Shown: positions 45,968 through 55,417 of the stretch, in pieces
Position numbering within the stretch: position 1 is the first letter of the stretch
Layout of the letters: each line of letters starts with the position of its first letter
Origin: Candidatus Heimdallarchaeota archaeon
GTDB taxonomy: Archaea > Asgardarchaeota > Heimdallarchaeia > Heimdallarchaeales > Heimdallarchaeaceae
DNA length: 64,000 nucleotides
Assembly (NCBI GenBank): GCA_030668825.1
Contig: DAOVET010000001.1
Location: 9,699-73,698, forward strand
Reading direction: 5' to 3'
Translations under genes and position numbers: made by a program
The notes under the pieces: generated by a model
Seen by the model: the letters and a program-made list of their open reading frames with translations, nothing else
Databases searched by the model: none
What the model was told of the DNA's origin: nothing

Positions 45968-47635
45968 CTATCTTCTTCTTTTAGAACTAAATCGGGAATA
46001 ACCAAATACAATTAGTGGGATTAGTACAATTAAAGAAAGAAACGAGTAGTAAATATTATTATTCCTATAAACTGGAGGTTCAGAAAGAGGATAAAGATCT
46101 TGTGCATTTGCAAATCCATCAATATAATAGCTACCAACTACCACAAAATAGTCTGACCAATAATTTCCTTCCTCATTTTCTTCATCATACCAGAGATTAT
46201 CTCCATCATCTCTCGCTTGGGAAGTACCGTAATACTGGTTGTTATTGTAAAAGGAATTATGGTGAACAAGATTGTTGACTGAATCTTCATCTAAAAATAC
46301 TCCCCAAAAATAATTATTAGTTAAAGTATTGTAAGTAATAGAGATATTTGATGAGTTTTCAAGCACTAACCCATGATTATTATTGCTTAAAATATTATTT
46401 TCGATTAATGAATTACTTGTTTGCACAAGTAGAATCCCTTGTTTTTTATTGAAACTACAGTTATTGTTCATGATGGTTATTCTATCACTAAATTTAACAT
46501 GTATTCCTATTAATGTTTGATCCAAGACTTGATTTTTTATCATGAATTCAGAGCAATTGGAAATAAATAGCTGACCATAGATTGGTTTTGTTATTTTCAA
46601 ATTATTTTGGTTTGTAAAATAACCGTACTCTTTTCCATTTATCATATTGTTGTACACTGTGTAAGTATGATAATCTGCTGGATTTAATTCGTAAAAATAA
46701 TAGTCACACTCTGTTAATGTATTCCCAATAAATTCAGAAAATTCTGAATCCCTTACATATATACCATTAGACTCGGTAGTAATTTCATTATTTATAACAG
46801 AGACATTTCCACTATATACTACTGTTAATCCTATTCCTCCTCCAAAACAGTAATTGTCTGTTACTACAGAATCATTTGAATGAGATAATCGAATGTTAAA
46901 CTGAACATTATTGAAACAAGAGTTATTTGCAACTAAAGCTGCTCTAGATGTATGAAGATATATCCCTCCTAAATAAGAATTGTTATGAAGAGAATTGCTA
47001 ACAACGGTAGCGAAGAAACTGCTACCAAGAAGTAATCCTCCTTTGAAATTATCTGAAATATTATTACCATAGATATAACTAGAATTACAATTATTAAGGA
47101 AAATACCTCCTTCATTACTCTTTGTACATGTATTATTTACGATTCTAATATTTGGTGAAAATATTACATGGATACCATAGCGTAAACCTTCATTACATGT
47201 ATTTTTGATGAGCTCTATACCTTCTGCTTTACTGATCTCCATCCCAGATTTTTGATAATTCTGACACAAATTTTCCTTAATTTTGATACTGTTAGGTGCT
47301 ACATTTAGAATATAGATACTGTAGTTATCACCATCCAGAAAACAATTTTGGATCAGGAAGCATTTGGTAGTATAAGATATTGATATACACGCTTCTTCGG
47401 TTGTAGTAATGTTAAGATTCTCTATACGGTAAGGATCTACAGCTGTTCCTTCTCCTGGTAAGCTGTAAAGAGAGATATTGGTATCAGATTGTATGACAAT
47501 AGGTATCGAGATTATATATGAATTAGAATTTAAATTTCCACTATCTGTGGTAGCTGTAGTAATTTCTATACTCCAACTTTTCATTAGAATTAAACTGAAA
47601 CACACCACTACTAGTAACCCTTTCTGATATTTCAT
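45968..47635 (-). CDS. right-handed parallel beta-helix repeat surface protein (NosD/PbH1-like) with C-terminal TM anchor
   Basis: Signal peptide, then many ~22-aa repeats rich in N-x-I/C-x-x-N (e.g. NNCSFNKKQGILLVQTSNSLIENNILSNNNHGLVLENSSN), and C-terminal FLSLIVLIPLIVFGY followed by KRRR. Confidence 0.75.
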   Translation of the reverse strand: MKYQKGLLVVVCFSLILMKSWSIEITTATTDSGNLNSNSYIISIPIVIQSDTNISLYSLPGEGTAVDPYRIENLNITTTEEACISISYTTKCFLIQNCFLDGDNYSIYILNVAPNSIKIKENLCQNYQKSGMEISKAEGIELIKNTCNEGLRYGIHVIFSPNIRIVNNTCTKSNEGGIFLNNCNSSYIYGNNISDNFKGGLLLGSSFFATVVSNSLHNNSYLGGIYLHTSRAALVANNSCFNNVQFNIRLSHSNDSVVTDNYCFGGGIGLTVVYSGNVSVINNEITTESNGIYVRDSEFSEFIGNTLTECDYYFYELNPADYHTYTVYNNMINGKEYGYFTNQNNLKITKPIYGQLFISNCSEFMIKNQVLDQTLIGIHVKFSDRITIMNNNCSFNKKQGILLVQTSNSLIENNILSNNNHGLVLENSSNISITYNTLTNNYFWGVFLDEDSVNNLVHHNSFYNNNQYYGTSQARDDGDNLWYDEENEEGNYWSDYFVVVGSYYIDGFANAQDLYPLSEPPVYRNNNIYYSFLSLIVLIPLIVFGYSRFSSKRRR

Positions 47636-47689
47636 TTTATCACTCTTGTTTTATCTTCTAAATCTCACTTATTCACAATTTATTCTGAA

Positions 47690-49411
47690 TTATCTCAATT
47701 TCTTTTCTTGATTATTGAATCTTTTTTTCCTAATTGTTATTTGGAAATAACCATAAATCATCAGAGGAATAATAACAGCAAACGAGAAAAAAGCATAGTA
47801 AATATTCTTATTTCTATAAACTGGGTGTTCAGAAAGAGGATAAGGATCTACAACACCAGCAAAACCGTCTATACTGTAGTTTCCAACTCCTGAATAGTCT
47901 TCCCAGTAGTTCCCCTCCTCTTTTTTCTCATCATACCAGAGATTATCTCCATCATCTTTTGCTTGGGATGTACCATAGAAGTTGTTGTTTATGAAAACGT
48001 TATGGTGTATTGAGTTATTAGCAGAACCACCACCTAATACCACTCCCCATAATCCGCTATTTGTTATCACATTGTATGTGATCTCATTGTATGAGGATTG
48101 CTCTAATAAGATTCCATACAACCCATTATATTCTGAAGTGTTGTTAATTATATTCACTCGTTCAGATTTAAATAAATAGACTCCACTTCTGCTATTAAAC
48201 TTGAAAACTGATTTTGAAATAGATATGTCCTCGCAATAATATAGACTTACTCCTGTAGAAAAACTACTTATCAACTGGTTCTTAATTTTGATGTTATTAC
48301 AATTTACAAGATGTAACTGATTAAAGATTGCTTCTGAAAGAGTAAGGTCATTTTCATCAACAAAATACCCGAAAAGTTTGTCATTAACGTAATTGGAAGT
48401 TACGTAGTACTTCCTGAAATCTTCCACAGTTGATTCGTATATTCTAAACCCACAATCATAAAGCATATTATTGCTGATTATTGAGTATTCCGCATCCTTT
48501 AGATATATACCTGTATTACTCCCTGCACAGATATTGTCAGAAACAGTCACGTTACCGCCTAAAACAACAATAATCCCATATATTTCACCAGAACAAATGT
48601 TTCTTGTTACTAAAGAGAAATTTGAGCTGTGGATATCTAAATTAGGTTGCCGATTATTATAACAGATATTATCAGAAACTGTCGATGTATAACACCTAAG
48701 TAATCTTATCCCTCCATGTAAATCATTTAAGTAACAGCGATTATGCATAATAAGAGAATTCGTACAATCATCCAACACAATCCCTCCTTTTTTATTCTCA
48801 TAACAAGTATTGTTTTTAACTATGCTTTCAGAACTTTTATCTATAAACATCCCGACCCAGCTGTTATCAAAACAAGTATTAAGCTCGATTTGACAATTTG
48901 GTGAATCTTTGATATGTATACCAAAATAGCTATTTGAGTAACAGGTGTTATTAATTATCAGTGAGTTTGATGAATTATAAATACGAATTCCTCGTATAGA
49001 ATTACCAATACAAATGTTGTTTTCAATTTTTGCAGTTTCATTTTTAACTGATTCTATTACAATACCATTTACAGATGCGTTTACAAAACAATTTTGAATT
49101 AGAAAGTGTTTAGTTGTATTGTAAACATAAATTCCCCTTTCTTTTGTTGTAGTTATATTGAGATTTTCAATTATGAAAGGATTTACAGCTGTTCCATCAC
49201 CTAGAAATCCATAATCTGTGAAATTAGAGTCATTTGTAATAACGATTGGTAATGAGTCAATATAGGAAAGAAAAGGTTGATAAGCTTCTTTAGAAGGAAA
49301 TCTATAACATGTATTCTGAAATTCAGTTTCTTTAGATTCTACTGAGGTAAACATTGACAGTAACAAAATACAAAAAATTGTAACTGTTACATTCTTTCTC
49401 ATATAACCCAT
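47690..49411 (-). CDS. right-handed parallel beta-helix repeat surface protein, tandem paralogue
   Basis: Same architecture as 45968-47635. Shares the C-terminal block GTSQAKDDGDNLWYDE..EEGNYW...IDGFA...DPYPLSEHPVYRN plus a TM anchor. Confidence 0.75.
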   Translation of the reverse strand: MGYMRKNVTVTIFCILLLSMFTSVESKETEFQNTCYRFPSKEAYQPFLSYIDSLPIVITNDSNFTDYGFLGDGTAVNPFIIENLNITTTKERGIYVYNTTKHFLIQNCFVNASVNGIVIESVKNETAKIENNICIGNSIRGIRIYNSSNSLIINNTCYSNSYFGIHIKDSPNCQIELNTCFDNSWVGMFIDKSSESIVKNNTCYENKKGGIVLDDCTNSLIMHNRCYLNDLHGGIRLLRCYTSTVSDNICYNNRQPNLDIHSSNFSLVTRNICSGEIYGIIVVLGGNVTVSDNICAGSNTGIYLKDAEYSIISNNMLYDCGFRIYESTVEDFRKYYVTSNYVNDKLFGYFVDENDLTLSEAIFNQLHLVNCNNIKIKNQLISSFSTGVSLYYCEDISISKSVFKFNSRSGVYLFKSERVNIINNTSEYNGLYGILLEQSSYNEITYNVITNSGLWGVVLGGGSANNSIHHNVFINNNFYGTSQAKDDGDNLWYDEKKEEGNYWEDYSGVGNYSIDGFAGVVDPYPLSEHPVYRNKNIYYAFFSFAVIIPLMIYGYFQITIRKKRFNNQEKKLR

Positions 49412-49575
49412 GCAAAATCCTCTTCACTCAAAATAAGGCAGATATTAATTTTTAAAGATTTTGACTGCATTTTAATTAATTTCCTTTTTCGAATACTATT
49501 ATAAGTGTTTAAGATATATTATTCTAGATAAAAAGACGGTTCAAACATATAGAAGACTTATCTAAAGGTGAAAGA

Positions 49576-51027
49576 TTGAAAACCAAATTCAAAGTGGCTA
49601 TAATTGCCGGAGCAATAATAGGGCTCGTAAGTATAACTATCCCTACTGTTTTTTTTCTAATACAACCTCCAGAGATAACCAATGGTAATAATGACAATAA
49701 GAGTATTGATAATGTTATTTACCCAAATCCGCTTTTTTACCGAGGAACAATTTCAGATATGATGCTTGAAAGTGACGACAGAGTACAGTTTATTGTAGGT
49801 AGCTATAATGCCACCTATGTCACCTATCCTCATTCACCTGCTTATATAATTTTAGATCACAAAAATCAAACGTGTACATATAAAGAGATGTTCCCAGGAA
49901 TTACTTCAGGAAATATGCATCAACTAAAAATAGGTTTAGGTCCAAATAATGAGTCAATTGCTTATAATTTTTTTACCAATCCTTTCGGTTATCTAGTGGC
50001 ATACTTGTACAAAACAAATACTCTTGGGAGATGGATATTCTATCCTGCACTTTCTGATAAACCCATGCCTTACGGTGGTTTTAATAGGAGAAGTGTGTAT
50101 AACTGGAATTTTATGCCTTCAGGAAAAATAAATCTCGCTTTCTTATATCAAGGAACTTATAATACACCTGCAATCTATAATGAAACAACAGATAGTTTTT
50201 TCTTCTTGAGCGATGTTTTTGAGGAAATTAAAGATCAAGTAATTCTTAACAGGTATGGAGACTTTGCAGTTGTAGATTCAAATATTTTCTACTTTTGGTC
50301 AGAATATATAAATGAGTACAACTTTCATCCTTATCTAGCTATTAAATGGCAGGGAGAAGGATGGCAACTAACAAGAATAGGAAATGAATCAGAAACATAT
50401 ATGCCCATCAGTATTATTCCTCAGAAAAATGTAGTGAATATTTTTTATCATGATTCTGGTAAAAGCAGTTTGAATAGTAGACTCTATCACACCCAGATTT
50501 ATAATTCTACTAGTAATACTACAACACTTCTACACCAATTTGATGGGAGAACTGTTTTTCGTCAAGATTCTGTATGTGCTCTCTCTCAAAATGAGTATGT
50601 GTTCTTGTATACTAAAGGGTCGTATGTACTAAATGCACAAAGAGATCTGTTTATGGGTTATTATGATGGTAAAGAATTCTATGAATTTATGCTTACAGAT
50701 ACTCCACAACTTCTTGAACATCGAGCACATTGTGAATTAGGGGAGAATTACATTCATTTGGCTTGGGAAACTAGTATAGACAAAGGAACTGGAATCTATG
50801 ACCCAATGCAGACTAATCTTTTCTATAATAGAATATCCTTAAAGGAAATAAGACTGTCAAAAGAAACTGTTATAATACCATCAATGATAACCATAAAGAA
50901 TGAAAACCATAGAACAAAGCTCTTTAACGATTGGACTTTCTTAAAACTTACTATCTATATTGCTCTGTCCATCAAAATCCTTTTTTTTCCAGTAAAATTC
51001 TTGTGTGAGATACAGGGATTCTTATGA
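49576..51027 (+). CDS. N-terminally anchored extracytoplasmic protein, unknown family
   Basis: N-terminal TM (VAIIAGAIIGLVSITIPTVFFLI), then a ~400-aa Tyr/Asn-rich domain and a hydrophobic C-terminus. Confidence 0.45.
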   Translation: MKTKFKVAIIAGAIIGLVSITIPTVFFLIQPPEITNGNNDNKSIDNVIYPNPLFYRGTISDMMLESDDRVQFIVGSYNATYVTYPHSPAYIILDHKNQTCTYKEMFPGITSGNMHQLKIGLGPNNESIAYNFFTNPFGYLVAYLYKTNTLGRWIFYPALSDKPMPYGGFNRRSVYNWNFMPSGKINLAFLYQGTYNTPAIYNETTDSFFFLSDVFEEIKDQVILNRYGDFAVVDSNIFYFWSEYINEYNFHPYLAIKWQGEGWQLTRIGNESETYMPISIIPQKNVVNIFYHDSGKSSLNSRLYHTQIYNSTSNTTTLLHQFDGRTVFRQDSVCALSQNEYVFLYTKGSYVLNAQRDLFMGYYDGKEFYEFMLTDTPQLLEHRAHCELGENYIHLAWETSIDKGTGIYDPMQTNLFYNRISLKEIRLSKETVIIPSMITIKNENHRTKLFNDWTFLKLTIYIALSIKILFFPVKFLCEIQGFL

Positions 51028-52719
51028 AATTATTATTGTTTTCATTAAATTGGTTTGAACTAAGAAATATTCAGGGTCTGTATTGTCGTTATAACAAGTG
51101 AGCACAAAATTAATTGTAGAATCTACAATAAATGAAGTGTTGAGAAAACCTCTAATTTGATAATTACCTGATTTTTGGAGCACAAAAGAGTAACCTCGTG
51201 ATCTATTTAAGATTAAGTATTCCAATTGCGGTTCTTCTGCAATGATTTCAATATAACTAAATAATCTAAATGTGTCAAATAACAAATTATTGTCACTATC
51301 TATAACTATAGAATCGACTCTAATAATATCTGCACGCATAAAATCTGGAACATTGTGGTAAATATATTGGAAATTAATTTCCATTACAAAAGTAGAATTT
51401 TCATATAATTCTACTTCTTTAATCGTTATTGATGAATTACTAGACCAATTCATACCATAAGCATCAGCAATTTCAAAGTTGTTGACAGTCCAACCATCAC
51501 AAACTTCTTCTCCTTGGATGATCAAATTACTAGGAAGCCCTAGAACTAAAATTATTAGAATAAAGGAGATTGCTTTTTCAATTTTTATCTTTTTGGAATA
51601 ATTAATTGGAACGATTTTATCCACTTCTTTAACAATCTTATCCTCTTCTTCAGTCTGATCAGTTTTTTTTCTCATTTTTAGTTTATGTATTAGAAATAGC
51701 AAACTCGAAGATAGTATCAATGGAATTATAAATAATAAAAGAACCATAATAAAACCTGCTAGAAATTCGCTTGAAATTGCAGAAATGTCCAAATTGAGAT
51801 ATGATTCTAGAATAAGGGATAAGAGTAAATTGTGAAATAACAAATCGCTCCAGAAAAATATTGTAAACAAGGTTATAGCTATAAAAAATATACTAGCTAT
51901 CGAAAGTGAAATAATTTTAATTTTTCGTGATTTTGCTATTAAAGGTTCCTTAATCTTGCTTTGTAGTTTTGAAAGTATTAAAAAGATCCCACTTGTCACA
52001 AAAATATAAGCTAAGTAGATACCCAAAGGACCAACTTTTCCAGTAATAGGTAAAGTAAAAAGACAAGCAGAACCGAACATTCCAACTAAGCTAAAAGTAT
52101 AAATCCCATAGAATGGAATAAATGCAATTGTTTGATCAACTAGTTCTTCTTTACTATTTGTCCCCTTATGTTCACTTGAGCTCCTTGTTTTTTTCGTAGA
52201 AATAATTAAGATCACCCCTTTTAGAAACAACAATAAAGGAGTAATAAATATTAAGAACAAGAAAAGAACATTCAAATTATTAGTATAACTATTTGCTCCA
52301 CCAAGAAACATTATAGCTCCCCCTGCCCCATGAGACGAGTATTGTATGTGAGCTATTAGTCTTACTAGCTCATCTATATGATATATTGCGAAAAAAACAC
52401 TAAATAATCCCACTTTTCTTGGGTAGAGTCTAGAGAGAAGGAAACCAGTGAGTACAAGAATTGCACTTAATATATAATTGGCTAAAGTGTTTTTTTCATT
52501 TGAAATATATGCGTCTATCTCGACCCAATTATATTCTATTGTTCCATTAGCTGAAGATATATCCTGAATTTGAATCGTTTGATCATATAGTGTTAACTTT
52601 GATACTCTTATAGTTGCAATAAGTATAAAACCAACAATTATCAAAACAGAGAGTATTAAAACAATATAATCCCAACATTTATTCTTGGAAATGTAAAAAT
52701 GCATTCTTGTTTTCCTCAT
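51022..52719 (-). CDS. polytopic membrane protein with C-terminal extracytoplasmic domain
   Basis: About 10 hydrophobic helices, then a ~190-aa soluble-looking tail. Convergent 6-nt overlap with the previous ORF. Confidence 0.5.
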   Translation of the reverse strand: MRKTRMHFYISKNKCWDYIVLILSVLIIVGFILIATIRVSKLTLYDQTIQIQDISSANGTIEYNWVEIDAYISNEKNTLANYILSAILVLTGFLLSRLYPRKVGLFSVFFAIYHIDELVRLIAHIQYSSHGAGGAIMFLGGANSYTNNLNVLFLFLIFITPLLLFLKGVILIISTKKTRSSSEHKGTNSKEELVDQTIAFIPFYGIYTFSLVGMFGSACLFTLPITGKVGPLGIYLAYIFVTSGIFLILSKLQSKIKEPLIAKSRKIKIISLSIASIFFIAITLFTIFFWSDLLFHNLLLSLILESYLNLDISAISSEFLAGFIMVLLLFIIPLILSSSLLFLIHKLKMRKKTDQTEEEDKIVKEVDKIVPINYSKKIKIEKAISFILIILVLGLPSNLIIQGEEVCDGWTVNNFEIADAYGMNWSSNSSITIKEVELYENSTFVMEINFQYIYHNVPDFMRADIIRVDSIVIDSDNNLLFDTFRLFSYIEIIAEEPQLEYLILNRSRGYSFVLQKSGNYQIRGFLNTSFIVDSTINFVLTCYNDNTDPEYFLVQTNLMKTIIIS

Positions 52720-52830
52720 TCTTGATTAGATGTTATAAGTACAAACGCGCTCTTAAAAATTCTTTGGAACATTGCTATAGCGCAAAACATAGAATCCATT
52801 TTATCATTCTCGCCCTTCAAATTATCATAA

Positions 52831-53014
52831 AACTAGTGGAGTAGCAATGATATATGAAATTCTATCTTTTTACAAGTAATATAAATTGACACCGGTGGAC
52901 AGGGGATGTTTACCTATCTCCGTCCCAAATACTACTCTTGACATCCCTGTTATCATCTGCGGTAACAAATTTGACCTTAACGAAGCTCGTACTCTTGATA
53001 AAGATACTATTTAA
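52831..53014 (+). pseudogene. decayed small-GTPase gene remnant (G3 and G4 motifs in two frames, in-frame stops, internal deletion)
   Basis: Frame of 52861 reads SIFLQVI*IDTGGQGMFTYLRPKYYS*. Frame of 52931 reads TTLDIPVIICGNKFDLNEARTLDKDTI*. The ~45 aa normally found between switch II and NKxD are missing. Confidence 0.55.
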
Positions 53015-53027
53015 ATTATATTCGTCT

Positions 53028-53357
53028 CAAGAAGTTTTCAGACAAATCAGAAGTAAATATTTCTTTGGAAGCAAAGGTGCTTTAGCTATTTGTGATGCCT
53101 CTAATTCTGAATCTTTTAAGAATATCCCCTCGTGGGTTGAATCTTTTAAAAAGGAAGTGGGAGATAAGCCTATCATTTTTCTAGCAAATAAATGTGATTT
53201 GAAGGATCAACAAGTCACTGAGGATGACATGAAACAATTGGTTAAGGATTACAGTAACACTGAATATCTGTATTCCTCTGCAAAAGATGGAACAAATGCT
53301 GAAAAAGCTTTCATCAACTTAACCAGACTTATGGTTGCTGAAGAAGATATAGTATAG
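53028..53357 (+). pseudogene. 5'-truncated paralogue of the Rab-like GTPase at 33831-34358 (lacks G1-G3)
   Basis: QEVFRQIRSKYFFGSKGALAICDASN...NKCDL...SAKDGTN...LMVAEEDIV aligns with residues after the DxxGQ of the 33831 gene (84 of 109 identical by hand count). The track ORF 52938-53357 starts at TTG with an unrelated leader. Confidence 0.7.
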
Positions 53358-53541
53358 TTATTTGAATAATTCTCTTAATCCGTTTGAGCTTCTTTCTTTA
53401 TAAGGTTCAAAGCAAGAGTGATTTCCCAAAAAAACCTAATTCTTATAGTTTATCCATAAATTTCTGAAAATCACTAATCTAAGAAACCTTTTTATTATTG
53501 AAGGAGAGTTTTATTTTTGAGAATCTAAAAGGCGAACAACA

Positions 53542-55362
53542 ATGAAAAAAAGTATCCTAATTTTTATCTGTCTTTTTCTTTTCTTACCTTCTATTACTCA
53601 AATTAATGCTCAAAATCCAGATCCATTTTTCTCTCTTTCTTTCCTAACTCCAAATACTTCAACTGAAAGAATTGAATGGTCAGAGCTAATAGCTCAAGAG
53701 CTTGGACAAATAGGTGTTGAAGTTAATTTGAACAATATTACTGGCTGGTCTGGAATTGGTTCCAGAACTTGGGGTTATCCATTAATTGATTATGACTACA
53801 TACCACCTTATGATGAAGGCGGCTACGATGTATTATTTATGGGATGGAATGATTATTTTGATTGGAATCCCGAAGCCTGGTTTGCTTCAGAAAGTATAGT
53901 ACCTTATGGTGATAATTTCTATCAATACAACAATACTCAGTTTGACCAAAAACTAACTGAATATCTTTTAGAAGCTAATATCACTACTAGAATTGAAAAA
54001 GGGAAAGAACTACAAGGTATTATTTATGAAGATCAACCCGCTATAGGAATTGTATACTTAAAACATGTCTATGGATTCAATGAAAATATAGTAGGTATGG
54101 ATACTACTCTGTTCGGTCAAGCTTCTGATCAAACTCAGTTTTGGGATGTTCCGAGTGATCACAATCTTACTTTTGTTTCTCCCACAGTTTTTTACGACAA
54201 TAATATCTTTCGTGCCAGTTCATACTTTGATGCACAATGGATGCAAGCTGTTTATGGTTCTTTATTAAGAAGATCTCAAAATTCTCATCTTTTTGAACCT
54301 GAAATTGCAAAAAATATTTCATATACTCCAATAATCAACGATGAAATCAACATTACAGTTTTCCTTGATCCAAATGCTAAATTCAGTGATTTAAGTCCAG
54401 TATTACCCTCTGATGTAAAATACAGCTATGAATTATATATGACTCCCGAAGTAAATTCAGATCGTTACGGAGAATTTGCTTTTGGCTATTTTGAAAGCCT
54501 TGATTCAATTGAAATAATTGGACCAGATGTTTCTGGAGGACAATTATTATTCAAAATGAAAGTAATAGATTACTATTGGATGAATGCTTTTGATGCTGGT
54601 ATTATAGATAAGAGTGAAGTTGAACCTCTTATCTCAACCTATGGTTATAATATCTTCTGGGAACCTCCAGGCACAGGTAACGTAGGTTGGTCTCTTGTCA
54701 AATCCTGCGGACCATTTGTTGTAGACAAATATAATCCTACACTAAATATCGTAAACCTAAAAACACAACCGTACTGGGTAAATCTAATAGCTTCAGGTGG
54801 AAGTCCTGCAAAACTCTCCGAGTTAAATTTCAAACATATTCCTACAAAAGAGGCTGCATTTGGGGAATTGTTAACTGGAGAAGCTGATATAATAGACCGT
54901 TACTACTATTACCCCTTAAGTATTTTTGAAGATTTTTCTGGAATTATTGGTATAAAAGCAAAATCTCTGAGTCACCAACAATTAGCTATCAATATGAAAC
55001 ACCCAATAATTGGAACAGGAGAGTTGACACCAATTGGATTAGCTGGAGCAGCTAGAAATATTAGAAAAGCAATAAGTTGTTCAATCCCACGAGATTATAT
55101 AGCCGCTAATGCTACATCTCAATCTCAATATAATTATAGTTATGATCCAGGAATCCTTCCTATTTCTGAAGCAATAGTTGGATTTCTTGATAGTCTTCAG
55201 CCTTATCCTTATGATATAAATATGGCAAGGTTATTTATGGAACTAGCCGGATATGTTATCACAATAAAAGAATTCAGCAACATAAATATTTTCTTAATAA
55301 CAGTTGTAGGTTTATGTTCTATACTACTAATAAGAAGGAGAAAGAATAGTAAAAATTGTTAG
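53542..55362 (+). CDS. family-5 (DppA/OppA-type) solute-binding protein, circularly permuted, with C-terminal TM anchor
   Basis: After the signal peptide comes sequence typical of the C-terminal third of SBP_bac_5 (FSLSFLTPN...IAQELGQIGVEVNL; YDVLFMGWNDYFDWNPEAWF; IYEDQPAIGIVYLKHVYGFNENIVGM). The N-terminal two thirds follow (FLDPNAKFSDLSPVLPSDVKYSYE; SCGPFVVDKYNP; LLTGEADIID; NIRKAISCSIPRD; YDINMARLFMELAGY). The protein ends with a TM helix plus RRRKNSKNC. Confidence 0.65.
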   Translation: MKKSILIFICLFLFLPSITQINAQNPDPFFSLSFLTPNTSTERIEWSELIAQELGQIGVEVNLNNITGWSGIGSRTWGYPLIDYDYIPPYDEGGYDVLFMGWNDYFDWNPEAWFASESIVPYGDNFYQYNNTQFDQKLTEYLLEANITTRIEKGKELQGIIYEDQPAIGIVYLKHVYGFNENIVGMDTTLFGQASDQTQFWDVPSDHNLTFVSPTVFYDNNIFRASSYFDAQWMQAVYGSLLRRSQNSHLFEPEIAKNISYTPIINDEINITVFLDPNAKFSDLSPVLPSDVKYSYELYMTPEVNSDRYGEFAFGYFESLDSIEIIGPDVSGGQLLFKMKVIDYYWMNAFDAGIIDKSEVEPLISTYGYNIFWEPPGTGNVGWSLVKSCGPFVVDKYNPTLNIVNLKTQPYWVNLIASGGSPAKLSELNFKHIPTKEAAFGELLTGEADIIDRYYYYPLSIFEDFSGIIGIKAKSLSHQQLAINMKHPIIGTGELTPIGLAGAARNIRKAISCSIPRDYIAANATSQSQYNYSYDPGILPISEAIVGFLDSLQPYPYDINMARLFMELAGYVITIKEFSNINIFLITVVGLCSILLIRRRKNSKNC

Positions 55363-55417
55363 AGAATAATGATATCCATATTATAGAAAAAGGACCTAGC
55401 TTAGTGTAGCGATTTAG

